Source: Schizochytrium sp. TIO01
Taxonomy: Eukaryota > Protista > Bigyra: Labyrinthulomycetes
Assembly: GCA_004764695.1 (NCBI GenBank)
Contig: SMSO01000014.1
Location: 3,343,648-3,407,647, forward strand
Direction of reading: 5' to 3'
DNA length: 64,000 nt
Each line of letters starts with the position of its first letter. Within the stretch, counting starts at the first letter, position 1. A program made the position numbers and the translations under genes. Below, piece after piece: positions 10,220 to 22,515 of this stretch. The notes beneath the pieces were generated by a model. The model was not told the origin of the DNA. It saw only the letters and a list, made by a program, of their open reading frames with translations, and made no database searches.

Positions 10220-13200
10220 TCGATTCGAGTTACACCATGCTTGGATGTAGATAATGTGTATTCACACTTCGAGTTCTTGGCTCTGGCAGCCACATGAGTC
10301 TGGCTGCCTAGCTCCATTGTAAGCCCCATGTCTGCGAGAATTTCATAAAGAGACGCCAAGAACTCTAGCAATGCCTTGTACACTAGTCCTTCGGTTGGAG
10401 ATCTCAGCAGACGCGTTTTTTTATTAAAAGTAGTAAATCACATTTTAGATTTAAGACAATACCATACTGCAAAAGAAGCAGACAAATAGTTCAGTTACCG
10501 TGTTACTTCATGGGTGCTCTTTAAAATTAAAGGAAGCTCCAAATGGACAAGCTTTCAAGTTTAAGATCTTCATTATACAAAATTAGTGCAGGCAATGTTC
10601 AGACCTTGCAGCATTAAAGCAAATAAAATTCTGGATAATATTGCATGGAGAGGCATGTAGAGGAATAAAACATGTCGTTCAAACCATTTAATGTTTTGTA
10701 TCGTGCGTACAGCGACACGTAGATGTGGTTGAAGATGAATTGCTTTTCCCAAAAAGCAATAGGATGAAATTTGTACAACATAAAAGTTTTCTCGGTCTCA
10801 AAGCATGTGAATTTTCAAGCAAAAAAGTTGTACAAGCAAAATCAATGAGACGAAACACCATATTCTTCCCAAGTAATTTGCATTATAGTTGTACTCTCAG
10901 CAAACTCGTGAAGTTCCTTCTTACAATTTCCCTCGTGCCCACTGCTATTTGCCCTTCACGGATTTCCTAGATCCTTTGATTCGATAATCTTATCTCCTTT
11001 TGCTGTAGGTCTTTTTTCGCACAATGTAAGCTTGGCGCAACTCAAGTTAATCTGATGACTCCTCTCCATACTAGTATCAGAGTTCCAGCCATTATTACGT
11101 TAAAATAGTAACATAGTTTGCGTAAAGTATTATCGACTCTCTGTTATTATATATACTTGCTATGACGCTTCTTTTGGTGGGTCCGGTAACATGCCAATTG
11201 GGGTACCTACTGCTAGGAAATTTTGGGATCGCTTGGAGGGTGAGTTGTTTTGCTGGTAGTAACTCAAGCTGGCTCGTTTAGTGCTTAATTCTAACTGACA
11301 AACACTATATTATTACATTGCATATAGAGTATTGAGAAAACCTTTCTGCGTTTTGCTCAAATCTTTTGTGGCTCCAACCTTATTGCCAGGTCTTCAGAGC
11401 AGCCACACGCCGGGCTCTAGGATATTGACATGGCTCGATTTGCTCTCATATCTATTGAGGTTCAGCCTATTGTACGAATTAACTGGAAGAATAACAAATC
11501 GTAGCCAGTTTCCCTTTTCTCTACTAGTAGGGTTAACTCTGGTCTTACTAGCTGCAAGCAAGCTCCATCTTGCAGTCTTTCATATAGAAATCCTTCCAAT
11601 CACAACAGAGTTTCAACCAAATATCAGCCAATGGTAGGTACTGTTACTCTTGATGTGCACCGGAGGCAGACGCACCACCATCAATGCGGCAGATAAACTC
11701 CATTCAAGACAATCGTCCGATAGATATAAAAATTGCTAAATCAATGGCAAGTCCGGAGAACGGATAATATATATTTATCGTGCAGCTCTATCGTGCGTTA
11801 TGAGCACTTGCTTGAACGACCACCACTGGGTGAGGCCTGCTTTGTGGAAGAATTATGTGAGGGTGCCCAATGGCATACGACTTGCATACACGCGTTAATG
11901 GTGGTTTGGGATGCCTTAGATTGCAGAAAATTATAGAACGCCTCTATGACCTTGAAGGTTTGCAAGACCTTACCGTGTATTGTGACTTCAGAATCCTCAA
12001 CTCGTTAGGCGACTCAGCAAATGCAGGCTCGTGACGACCTTTCGTCTCGTTTTCCAAGCACGTGCACACCCCAAAACACACACTCTTCTTGTAAATTACT
12101 ATGGTGACGATTATATTGATTCATAGCGATAATGAGTGGGTTTCGCCGCGTCAGTGTTTACTGATGTATGAATACCCTGTAGTGGGAACCTTGGAAAGGT
12201 TTTTTATAATACCACTAAGCGAGGAATAATCATTGTTTTATCGGAGTTAAGGAATACAGCTGGCCCCTGGTTTTCACTTCATAGTTGTTGATTTTATTTT
12301 AATTAATAATTATTATTATTTTATACTAATAGAAACAGCTTATTTTGTCAAAATAAACCTTCATAGTGTTTTAGCTCCTCCGTGAGTCTAACCGCTGTGA
12401 TTTGATTACCAGAAACAATGAGTGCACACGCTCAAAATCAATGCTCAGTCTCACATTGGCCTGGTTTTTGTTCTGCAATCTTTCCACAACCTCTTCTCTC
12501 AATCCACCCGAGATCACTCTCGTTTTATTTATTTGTAAGTCGAAAACCCTACTAGGAGATAGATAGAGTAACTAGGCGTAAATCAACTTGAGTTAATCCA
12601 GTTCTTGCTCTCTCCACAAGGAAGGAAGCGCGAGCAAAGTGGAGACCTCAGTATTTATCCGAGAGGCAGCTATGCCCAGTTTCGGATATTTAGCACGTGC
12701 AGGTACTTAATCCGAGTACTAGCAGGTAGCGCTTACTCTTAAGCACTCAAGGTACGGTGCGCACGTGCGTGCAAGCGTGAATTTATTTAAACAATGGGGT
12801 TGGCAAGACTTGGCTTGCCTCAGTTTGCCACGATGCATGAGCGGCCTTGCTCCCAGAGCTGATCAGGCTGACTGTTCTGATGACGCCCTCGCTACTTGTA
12901 TCCGCTCCTCGTGAAGGGGATTAGTACGAAGCCAGGTTGAATTGCTTCACCTTCAAAAAAGTTTCTATTTTTATACTAGTTGCTAGTTAAATGTAGAGAA
13001 TACCTCCTATAAAGCACAGTAGCATCCAAGCTATAGCTCACTTGGCAAGTGAGCTATAGTGAGGTGACAAGTAGACAATATAATAATTGGATTTGCAACG
13101 AAGTCTCCTACCTATTTCATTTAAAAAAAATGATCAAATTGATCGCTCATCAGACAATCGCATGTAAATGCCAATGGCACCAGCTTGACCAACTGGGAAG

Positions 13201-15413
13201 AAGGCCCAGAGCACGCACGAAGCGCTGCACCCGCGCGGATCGCAGGGTGGTCTATCTGCAAGCTGGTAGGGTCCAGCTGCGGTAGCCTCAGCACGAGCGG
13301 GCCCTTGTCGCGCTCGCTCATCAGCCGAGTGCGCGAATCGAAAGGACCCTTTCGCCTTCATTTCTCTTTTCTTATTTCTTTTCCTTGGTTTCTTTGTCTT
13401 TTCCGAGCGAGCGAGTTGGATAGGGCCAGCGGAGCTCCAGCAAGGTCATAGAGAAGAGGCCAGGCGTCATAACCTGTGCGCTGAGGCCTCGTTCCTGCCT
13501 CTTCCTCGAAGTCTTTAGCATCAGTGGTGTCTTTGTTCTTCTGAGGTTGTGATTCGTCACAACAAGCTAATTAAATTAGTTTGCGAGAACAGAGCATCAC
13601 CCCCTCAAGAAAGCAGCAACTCAGTTCTCTTGCAACAGAGCAAGACTTTACTTGGAGCTCTACTGGGCTTACCTGTGTGCGATCAGGCGTGCGACGCCAC
13701 GGAGAATCGTGCCTTGCTGGTCCCGATCGAACTATATCACATATTTCAGTTCGGGCACGGTAAGACTGCCAGCTGAGAGGACCGCGGTTTGATTAGACCC
13801 AATATTGAGGCCATCTCATCATTCATCGGTACCTTATTGGGGAGCTAATTTCGCATTCATTTTGCTCTCAACGCTCGCTGGCTCGCCGGCTTGTTCTTCA
13901 TCAAAATATCACCATCATACGTGCTTGTTCGTTGCCTTTTCGAGCAGTGCTTGCGAAACCCTGTATTGTATTCACGGCGAGTGAGTGTGTGATCCGGCGG
14001 TGTCCTTGTAAACAAGTCGGCTGGGGAACCTTCGGAACATAACCACCTGGCAGGACGCAATAAACACCATCTTCGTGAATAACGCTAGGTTGCGGCTGTT
14101 TTTGCTTCTTGTTCTTCTTCGGCTTCTATTGATCGTAGCAAGCTCTTCATATCGCTCGAAACTCTGCAGGTGCACGAGATTGTGCGAGCGAGGCCCTGTT
14201 TTCCCCCTCTGGCGTTCTCTCTCTCACGTTCTTTACTCAGTAACTTCTCACTGTGGGATCATTCTGCGGGGTCGTCTCTCTGAATCTGATATTTGCCTCT
14301 CTGTTTTCCTCCACACCCCCTCCACCACCACTGCCACAGCATAGGCATAGAGGGAGACGGACGCAAGACGGACGCGACTTCCTGATCAACAAGGTAACTG
14401 TGGGATCGATCAAGCATTGATCTCTGCAAGTCAATTCACGATCCATCGACAATTGATCAGACAGTCAGTTAGTCAAAGCTGCTTGCAAGTGATCAAAACC
14501 GTGAGGCTACCAAACCCAGCAAATATCCAATCGATTAGTTCGTCGTTGGCCTGTCTGTTGTGCACGCCGTCTTCTCCAGTCTTTAAGGCCCTGGTTGGGC
14601 GCCTTTGATCGACTCCCGCTGTTCGTTAAAAGGATCTATCTAGCTCGTGTGGTGTCTTCGTTCTTCGTTCTTCGTTCTCGTTCATCCATCTAATTCTACC
14701 TTGCTGATCAATCTCTGGTTCGTCGATCCATCCTTCCTTCAGGCAGGCACTCAGTCAGTGCCTTGAGCCTGCCTGAGCCTTCTCAAAGGACCAAAGCACC
14801 GATTGATTGGATCGCCTGAATCGCTGCATCATCATTTCCTTTGGTGTGTGCATGAGCGAGTGAGACTTTCTTTCTTTCTCTCTTTCTTTCTTCTTACATT
14901 CCCTCATTTATTGTCTTTCGTTCTCTCTCTGGCTGGACCAAAAGCAAACGACGTGCCCACATCGATCGCAGCTCGGACGCTGCGCCGTGGGCCTGACGTA
15001 CCAGAGCTCCGAGCCACCACAAACTCGGAATACCACTTCGCAGCTGTCCGCGGGACCTGGGCATCGCCTTTGTCTGTGGAAACTCTGAGCTGCAAGGACA
15101 ACTGAGCTCGAACCAGCTCCGGCCTGAGTGGAAGCGAGATAGCGCGAGCTTAGGCGGCCAGCTAGTGCTTGCGGTAGCACTGGTTTGTAGAGTGCAACAG
15201 CTAAGGTTTTGCGTAGAAGTGGGCTTCGCCAAGTCTAAGTGTGTGCAGGAATCGAGAGCGTTGATTTGCTGTGGAGCACGTGGAAACCGCGAAGTAGAGG
15301 AGTGTCGATTGCAGCTCGCTGCGAGAAGATTGTGCGGAAGGAGTGCGCGGGCTGTCGAGCGAGGGAGAGCATAATTATATATTGGGTTAGGTACCAGCGA
15401 CGCGGCGTGGAGA

Positions 15414-18400
15414 ATGACCATGGACACGAAGGTGTATGTGGAAAACATTGGCACACTTCAAAACTCCCGCAAACACAAGACTCTTGGCGTGGTGGTCTTC
15501 AAAGCCGAAGAGCTTGAGGAGCTTGAGAACCTCGAGAACCTTCGGGTCCATTTGCAAGATGAGCTTGGCGCACAACTCTCGCAAGACTTCTGCTTTGTAC
15601 GTAATGGATCACCAGTTCCACTCATGCAAGAGAAAAAAACACCTGCTACTGCCGTCATACAACGCGACAAAGGAACAGACCTCAAGGCCATTCTTCAGGT
15701 TCGAAGTGCGCAAGGATCACATGTACAGAGCGAGGTAGACCGGATTAATGCCTTGACCTTGACAAACAGTAGGAAAGCAGTTATGAGTTTTGCTGTCCGT
15801 GACTTTGCCAGTCCACCATCAGAAATGGAGAAGAGGGAGCAAGACGACAGAAAAAGCATCAAAAGGAGTAGCAGCGTTAACGAGAGTCGCGCATGCGGCT
15901 CTGATACTACAAATACCAATGGATTCATGCTTAAACTAAATGCTGCTCACGGTGCCTTTGAGGATTACTTTTTTAAAATTGATGAAGTTTCGAACCTGTA
16001 CGCTTTCGGCCCGTGTGAAGAGGGTGATTCAACCGAACTATACCTAAGCAAAACACGCAAAGAAGCCGCAGCCTACATCAACCTCCAAACTGTATATAAG
16101 ATTCGTCCCTATGAGGAGGAGCAGCCAGCGAAACCCTTGCATCATTTTTGTATGGAGGTCTTTGCAGAAAATGATACTGTCTGGGTTCTAGCGGTGTCAA
16201 GTGTCGTCGAATTTGCGCGCTGGATAAGGACCTTTCACAGGTCTTCGCCCAAACTTCGAAAATTCCAATACAATATTAGTCACGCAGATTTCACATGGTA
16301 TGTATCAGATATTGACGGAGAAACTCTCTCTGCTCATCATCATCGTCGCAAGAAAAACAAAAATAAACATGAACACGAGGATGAAAGCGACGACTTTATC
16401 GACGAAGACGGAAACCCGCACCCCAGCAGAACGAAGCATATCGAATCCTTCATGGATGTGACCTTCACCGAAGAGGATGTTGGAGTTTCATTTGAGGATT
16501 GTCCTGGTGGATGTATGGTCAGGAATATTGACCCTGACAGTCTAGCAGTACGTCACGGAGTGCACTCTGCTGATTTTCTTGTCTCGATTGATGGAACCTC
16601 AGTGGTTGGTCTATCTGCACTTGAAGTTGAAGAGATTCTGGACTCGTGTTCTCGCCCAGTTACAATTACATTTGGGCGTCCTCAGCCAAATTCTCCAGTT
16701 TACCAAGCGACGAGTAAGAGTCTAATGGGAGCCCAGGCCTGGCGTCGTCATCTTGGGCCTTACCTCTATGCCCGCATGAAGAATCACCATAAGAAAAGAA
16801 ACAAAGACAAACGATCGGAAAGTATTAACCGACAAGGAACTTTGTATGAGGATTTGACAAGGGTCTCGCATGGATCATCCGCCTCTTCAATCCCTGCGTC
16901 TGTGGTTGGCGCTCCTGTGATGCGCTCAATAAGCCATGAGTCTATGTCCATCAAGCCGACAGTCATTCCTTCGCTACCGCCTGGCCTTGACCACGCAAGT
17001 CCTCCTGGTATTCAAGCTGCGAACGGTCACTTTTACTCCTCAACCGGAAAGGCTTCTCAAACTAGGATGAATGCTGCTCCTCGTAAATTACCACCAACAC
17101 CCCCACGTCGCAAAAAACGCTCAATTTTCTTTGCTGGTTTGTCTCTAAAGCGCAGCGGTCAAATGCCGAGCTTTTCACTTGAAGAGTCAGATGTGACAAA
17201 TGCCTCTCGCGCTGCATCAAGGCAGTTGTCAAGATATCGTGGCGTGCAAAGCCGTCTTTTCTCGGCAATTCAGACTTCGTATCAACTGGAAAAACAGGTT
17301 GATCAAGCTCTCAATGATCTAGTGTACGAAGCTCGGCAAGAGGGTGTAGATGAAGAAGTCGGTCGCGCAGGAGGCGGTTCGGTCATGCCGAGGAAAAAAC
17401 CTGGGACTCCCACAAATAATTCACCAGTTTCCTCGTCAAAACCTATAAATAAGCTTCGGACTACAAGAGAAATGATGCGTACAGAAAACGCAGTTAGCTC
17501 TCGCCTTTTGTCGGGTCGTTTTACTCCTCACAAGGTTGAACGAATTCAGGAAATGCTCGGGAAGTCTCAAGCTGGAGTATCTGAAGAAACAGAGACAGCT
17601 TCTCAGGCTGCGGCGGCTTCAAAATGTGCTAAATCATTTGGTTGGATTCGTAAAATGGTTACTGCGAAGCTTAATCCAGAGCACGAACGGTTGCTTTGCC
17701 TGGTTGATATGGCTAGGAGTGATGATGTGGCAGATCGTGAGGATGCTTTGGAGGCAATCCTTGATATCGCAACATCAAGCCAAAATGTGAAGACTCTTGT
17801 TGAGGAAGGTATGATTGATGTTTTAGTGTCTGCTCTTAAAAGCGAAGATAGTATTGTCATTAGAGAGAATGCTGCTGGTATCATGTGGAATCTTTCTGAT
17901 GATTTGCAAGCAGCTGAGCTTATGATTGCGAGTGGTGCAATCCCACTTTTATTGAATCTGCTTCGACACGAGTCTGATGAAATCAAATCATCTGATGTTG
18001 CCAAGGAAGAGGCTGCAGGAGCGTTGTGGACTCTTGCTGATTTACCAGATGGCCGTTCCCTTATTATTTCTCATCGTGGTGTGAGTCCGATTCTTTACAA
18101 TTTAACTGAGGCCAGCGATGCTACAGACTTCACACAAGAAAACTTAGTTGGCGTCGTGTGGCACCTTACGTTTGATCCCGTTGGAGTTGAAGAGATCATG
18201 AGGCGCAGGAAAAATGTCAATATTATTGCTGAGTTAGCTCGTTTGATTACTCGTGGAACTGTTGTATCTCAGGAAAATGCTGCTGGCGCTTTCATGCACA
18301 TCTCGATGCCATCACGTTTTCGAGACCGCATTAAGGAATGCAAAGAAGCTATCACCGCCCTTGTGCAGCTGCTAGCCTTTGGATCAGTGCTAAGCCGTGA

Positions 18401-19283
18401 GAATGCCTGCGGTGCTTTAGATAATTTGGCTCAAGGCGATGACCAGACTCAACGACTAATTGCAGAAGAAGGTGCAATTGCTCCTCTTGTGCGCCTGTTG
18501 CAAACAAAATTCGAAGTGACCTTGCGTGTTCGAGCAGCCTTGTGCTTGCGTACTTTGGCGCAGAACCAAGATAATAAGCAAGAAATAATGGATGCTGGCG
18601 CGACAGATCTTCTTATCAAAGCTCTGCGAGAGGAAGACGTCTTAGTTCAAATTCACTATATCGAAGCTCTCTGGGGTCTCGCTCATGAGAGCGATGCGAA
18701 TAAGCTCGAAATCGCTCAGTCTGGGGCTATTCCTAAACTTGTCAACATTCTTCGCAACGGCTCAAGCGTAGCTCGTGCTCGTGCTGCCGGTGCGCTCGGT
18801 TCTCTTGCAGAGTCCTCACAAAATGGGGATCTTATTGCTCGATCCGGCGCGCTCGAGCCCCTAGTAGAAATGTTGCAACAGGATGACTCGAACTTGCAAC
18901 GCGAAGCTGCTTCAGTATTGAGTATTTTAATCCGTGGTACTGATGAGGTGCAGAACAAGGTGATGAAGTCTTTACAAGGTGGTGCTCTTATCTCCTTGAA
19001 TGAGCAAGATCGAAATAAGCTTCAGTCTATACGCACTCGCTTGATGGAAATTGAAGTTGGCGATGAAATCTACCAAGAGTACTTAGAAGATCAAGATAAT
19101 TCTTCATCTTCAGATTCTGAGGATGATGATGACGATGATGGAGCGGCCGATTGCATTGAAGATGGTGATATCAATGCTAGAAGCAGTGAAAGTCTGAGCA
19201 GAAGCACGTCATCTCGTGCTGGAAGGCGAACGAAACGATCCACTAGAACAACTACTCGCACAACTCGAACCACCCAGAGTTGA
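15414..19283 (+). CDS. Multidomain scaffold: possible N-terminal ubiquitin-like fold, PH domain, PDZ domain, C-terminal armadillo repeats, acidic tail
   Basis: 1289-aa ORF. PH-like GFMLKL...YINLQ...VWVLAVSSVVEFARWIRTF; PDZ GVSFED..MVRNIDPDSLAVRHGVHSADFLVSIDG..RPVTITF; many ARM repeats (ENAAGIMWNLS, EEAAGALWTLA, ENACGALDNLA, GAIPKLVNIL). Confidence 0.88.
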   Translation: MTMDTKVYVENIGTLQNSRKHKTLGVVVFKAEELEELENLENLRVHLQDELGAQLSQDFCFVRNGSPVPLMQEKKTPATAVIQRDKGTDLKAILQVRSAQGSHVQSEVDRINALTLTNSRKAVMSFAVRDFASPPSEMEKREQDDRKSIKRSSSVNESRACGSDTTNTNGFMLKLNAAHGAFEDYFFKIDEVSNLYAFGPCEEGDSTELYLSKTRKEAAAYINLQTVYKIRPYEEEQPAKPLHHFCMEVFAENDTVWVLAVSSVVEFARWIRTFHRSSPKLRKFQYNISHADFTWYVSDIDGETLSAHHHRRKKNKNKHEHEDESDDFIDEDGNPHPSRTKHIESFMDVTFTEEDVGVSFEDCPGGCMVRNIDPDSLAVRHGVHSADFLVSIDGTSVVGLSALEVEEILDSCSRPVTITFGRPQPNSPVYQATSKSLMGAQAWRRHLGPYLYARMKNHHKKRNKDKRSESINRQGTLYEDLTRVSHGSSASSIPASVVGAPVMRSISHESMSIKPTVIPSLPPGLDHASPPGIQAANGHFYSSTGKASQTRMNAAPRKLPPTPPRRKKRSIFFAGLSLKRSGQMPSFSLEESDVTNASRAASRQLSRYRGVQSRLFSAIQTSYQLEKQVDQALNDLVYEARQEGVDEEVGRAGGGSVMPRKKPGTPTNNSPVSSSKPINKLRTTREMMRTENAVSSRLLSGRFTPHKVERIQEMLGKSQAGVSEETETASQAAAASKCAKSFGWIRKMVTAKLNPEHERLLCLVDMARSDDVADREDALEAILDIATSSQNVKTLVEEGMIDVLVSALKSEDSIVIRENAAGIMWNLSDDLQAAELMIASGAIPLLLNLLRHESDEIKSSDVAKEEAAGALWTLADLPDGRSLIISHRGVSPILYNLTEASDATDFTQENLVGVVWHLTFDPVGVEEIMRRRKNVNIIAELARLITRGTVVSQENAAGAFMHISMPSRFRDRIKECKEAITALVQLLAFGSVLSRENACGALDNLAQGDDQTQRLIAEEGAIAPLVRLLQTKFEVTLRVRAALCLRTLAQNQDNKQEIMDAGATDLLIKALREEDVLVQIHYIEALWGLAHESDANKLEIAQSGAIPKLVNILRNGSSVARARAAGALGSLAESSQNGDLIARSGALEPLVEMLQQDDSNLQREAASVLSILIRGTDEVQNKVMKSLQGGALISLNEQDRNKLQSIRTRLMEIEVGDEIYQEYLEDQDNSSSSDSEDDDDDDGAADCIEDGDINARSSESLSRSTSSRAGRRTKRSTRTTTRTTRTTQS

Positions 19284-21512
19284 AGTCTTGATGATGCCAC
19301 TTGCTATGCAAAATTAGGAGCAATTATTTCATTTATTGTCAAGATGACATTGCATTCAACTGCATTTCTGTTATCAAATTTGTTTACTTTTTCTTTTAAA
19401 AGAGAAAATAATTGTTTGTTTGTTGGTTCTTTTGTCTTTATTAGTCTCGGTTATTTGAATATGCTTATTAGCTCTCTATTTACACCAAAGTGCTTAAACG
19501 CTTAATTACTGTCAGACTCTGGATGATAAGTGAGGAGATGTGCAGGTTTGGCACTTGCGCCATTTCCTAGGTGAACCATTGATTCGAATCCTCTCTCTTA
19601 AACGTGGAACTTTTTTGTCTTGAACCTTGCGATGATTTATTCCCCCAGGGACGCTAAATCACCGCAAAACGATATTTAGTGCCCGACGAGAATCTTGGAG
19701 TGCGCAAATGCAGGAAATGTCAAGAACTCCAAGGAATATATGTAAATTCATGTAGAAATTGCATATTCGCAATCGAGAGGTGAAGTCGCCTCCATCAAAG
19801 TCGAGATCCTGCAGAAACTTAAAACAGCAACTGTCAGTATAATGTTGATGACATTCTTTTAAAGAGTGCCGTAGCTTGTTTTCCAAGAAAGTAAAAACAA
19901 AATTAAGGGGGGAAAGGTTGGGTTGCCCAACCAGCTCCAAACGACTCATAACATCAAGAGTTTGGTGGTATATACAGGAAGGCAGTCATGCAAACCATCT
20001 TGTTTGACAATATGCTGCATAATTTCATGCATTATTATAAAGTCGGGGTGTCCCCAAGGATTTGATTGAATATATTATCCTGATTTGAGCGTTGGTGTGA
20101 ACAGACAAGATGTTCGACATCTGCGAATTCTTGTGAATGAGACCACGAAAAGTTCACATGGAAGTAGAATTCTACGTTTTGACACATCCATGAAATCCCG
20201 GAGCATTTTAAGTGCGACGAGGAAAAGAGTCAAAGATACTGCAAACAGAAGCAGAGTGATACGAAACGAAACTCGAGATGTCTTTCAAGTAGCAACAAGC
20301 TATATGCTGGCGTGCTGATTTTCTCGTTCTTTTTATTTAAATATAATTTTGTGCACATTGTCTGTGAATTTCGTCATGGATAAAGCAAGAGGAAATGAAG
20401 CGCTCCAACAGACCCCCCTTTTTTAAATATAGTAGAGTCACCGACATGGGCAAATTTTGTAGATTTGTAAACATGTCTGAAAATCTGCAGAACGTTCTGC
20501 AGTATAGGTTTTCACGGATTTCATAGACTGATCTCCCCGCTCCGTGATTTCAAACTTCTCTACTCTACAACCATTGTAAAAAGGCAGAGCACAGACGCAA
20601 TACGGGTCAGATCATGCATCCTTGCAATGATGCGATTCAATCCATCTAATTTATCCTTCTAAATTTGGCTCGTGGTGAGTTTTAACAAATTCATTGACAG
20701 AACTCTGCAATATTAAGGCCCCCGGCGTTGATTTCTTTCAACACCTATCATAGGGCATTTCTCTTTCTTTGGTTCTTCCCGCCCTGGCCTCATTGCGTTG
20801 CATCAATTAAAACACCTAGTGTCATCTCCAATTCGGTTTCACATGAGAATATCCGTGTAAGGCCCCGGCGTACTTAGTTCTTGTGCTGTATCGGGTGTGC
20901 TTTGCTAAAAAGCGGCATCGCGCTTTTCTCCTGTAGGGGCCCGTGCTTTACGTCATTTCATGCTACTGTCTTTGAATGTGCCACATTTTGAATTGCCAGA
21001 TATGGCGCAATGGCAGGCCAAGGATGTTCTTCAGCATTTACAGGAGCACTTGTCAAGCTACATTTCTTTCCATAGCAATTCCTGATTGACTACCTTTACG
21101 CTTTTACTGGCAGCTTTTGTCAAGGAGCAGTAGTACTAAAACTATACTCCGTGCTCTCGTAAGGTGCAGCTGTCCTTTCTTAGTCCCGAGGGATTTTCCC
21201 GACCAAGACCAGAAGTCGCAGAACCTGCACGGAACTCTATTCATCGTCGACAGGGTGATTGCTGCTGAGGACAGCGCGCGCTACCGCAGTGCTGAATCTA
21301 CAAAACTAGCTAGCTGCCGGGAACGAAAGCGTCATGCTCAGCTTCGCACCTCGACATTCAAATATTACTAGTAGGTAGGTCGTACAAGAACGATTATGAC
21401 AACTTCGTTGCACTCCAACAGTTATGAGATCACCTAGTAGTTTCGGCTAGGAAACGTTTCCGCATATGGAGTAATATAGACCCTAAAAATGAAATAATTC
21501 TTGAACTCAAAC

Positions 21513-21623
21513 TACTGCGGCCCAACATTATACTGCAATAAATCGTTAGCTTTGCCTAGGCTCCGCATTTTTTACTGCCCAGGACTATACTGCAGTGGAT
21601 TGCTAGCTTCGCTTAGGCTCCGC
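21513..21623. repeat. Diverged two-copy tandem duplication, 60-bp period
   Basis: tactgc..tatactgcaataaatcgttagctttgcctaggctccgc vs tactgc..tatactgcagtggattgctagcttcgcttaggctccgc. Confidence 0.65.
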
Positions 21624-22457
21624 GAGCTCTCCTTGCCTAACATTGCCTATTCCCACAGAGATCCGCGTAAACTCAAAAGCACCGCTTGGTGCTAACAGGA
21701 ACAGTGTCTGCTTGGAATAAATAATATTTTACTTATCCACCTTCTCTTTATGCTTATCGCTGTTGGGACAGCAAGCATACTTTCAGTGCTTCCACTTCTC
21801 ACCATAGACCATGATGATCAATCATGATGATGGTGATGGGTGTCAAGACTACTGAACAGCGGACTATTGGTTCTGTGAAGAACTTCCCGTGTGGTCAAGC
21901 TAAAACGCTGTGGCGCCTCACAACGGACTATTTAGCACGTGCGACCAGCCAGCGATATCACAACCAAAGTTGCGATTAAACCAGACACAACGTACTCAGC
22001 ATACCCCAGAGTTCCATGAAACTTCTTTCGAAAGCCAACTTATGAAGCAAGAAATTGAGAGCTCCATTCTCGCATCGATGCAAGTTGAACTTCGAATGCT
22101 CCCCAAACTCGCAACTTAGATACTACTCCTAGAAAAGGGTATAGCTACTACTACCATGCACGCCCAAAGGTGTGCGCCGACCTCGAGTTTGCCAACTAGC
22201 TTTCGTGATCTCAGCAGCAAATTTAATTCACCGCAGCTCGCAATACCGACCAAAAGGCCACCCACAACCCCTTCTTCACGAGAACTCCAACAGGCCAACC
22301 CAGGTGATGGGTTGTTCCTGGTGAGGTCGTCCTTTATTCCCTCTGCCGGAGCGCCAGCCTCCCTTCTTGGCAAGCAAGGTACTCGTGGCAACGTTCAAAG
22401 GAAAAGTGATTATCTAAATAAACAAGCATCAATCAGCCTTCGGCTGGCTGCTCAGTC

Positions 22458-22515
22458 GGTTAGGTTAGGTTAGGTTAGGTTAGGTTTCGTTAGGTTATGC
22501 CAAATTAGGTTAGGT
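22458..22515 (+). repeat. Interstitial (TTAGG)n telomere-like tract
   Basis: About 5 perfect GGTTA units followed by degenerate units. Confidence 0.8.

Noticed and set aside
14803-15517. Overlapping short ORFs upstream of the ARM gene
   Set aside because: No motifs; consistent with GC-rich 5' leader sequence.
19530-19600. tRNA T-loop-like GATTCGAATCC
   Set aside because: No 5-bp T stem, acceptor stem or anticodon arm could be built.
20580-21120. Coding-like stretch, possible pseudogene
   Set aside because: Stops in the frames tried and no recognisable family.
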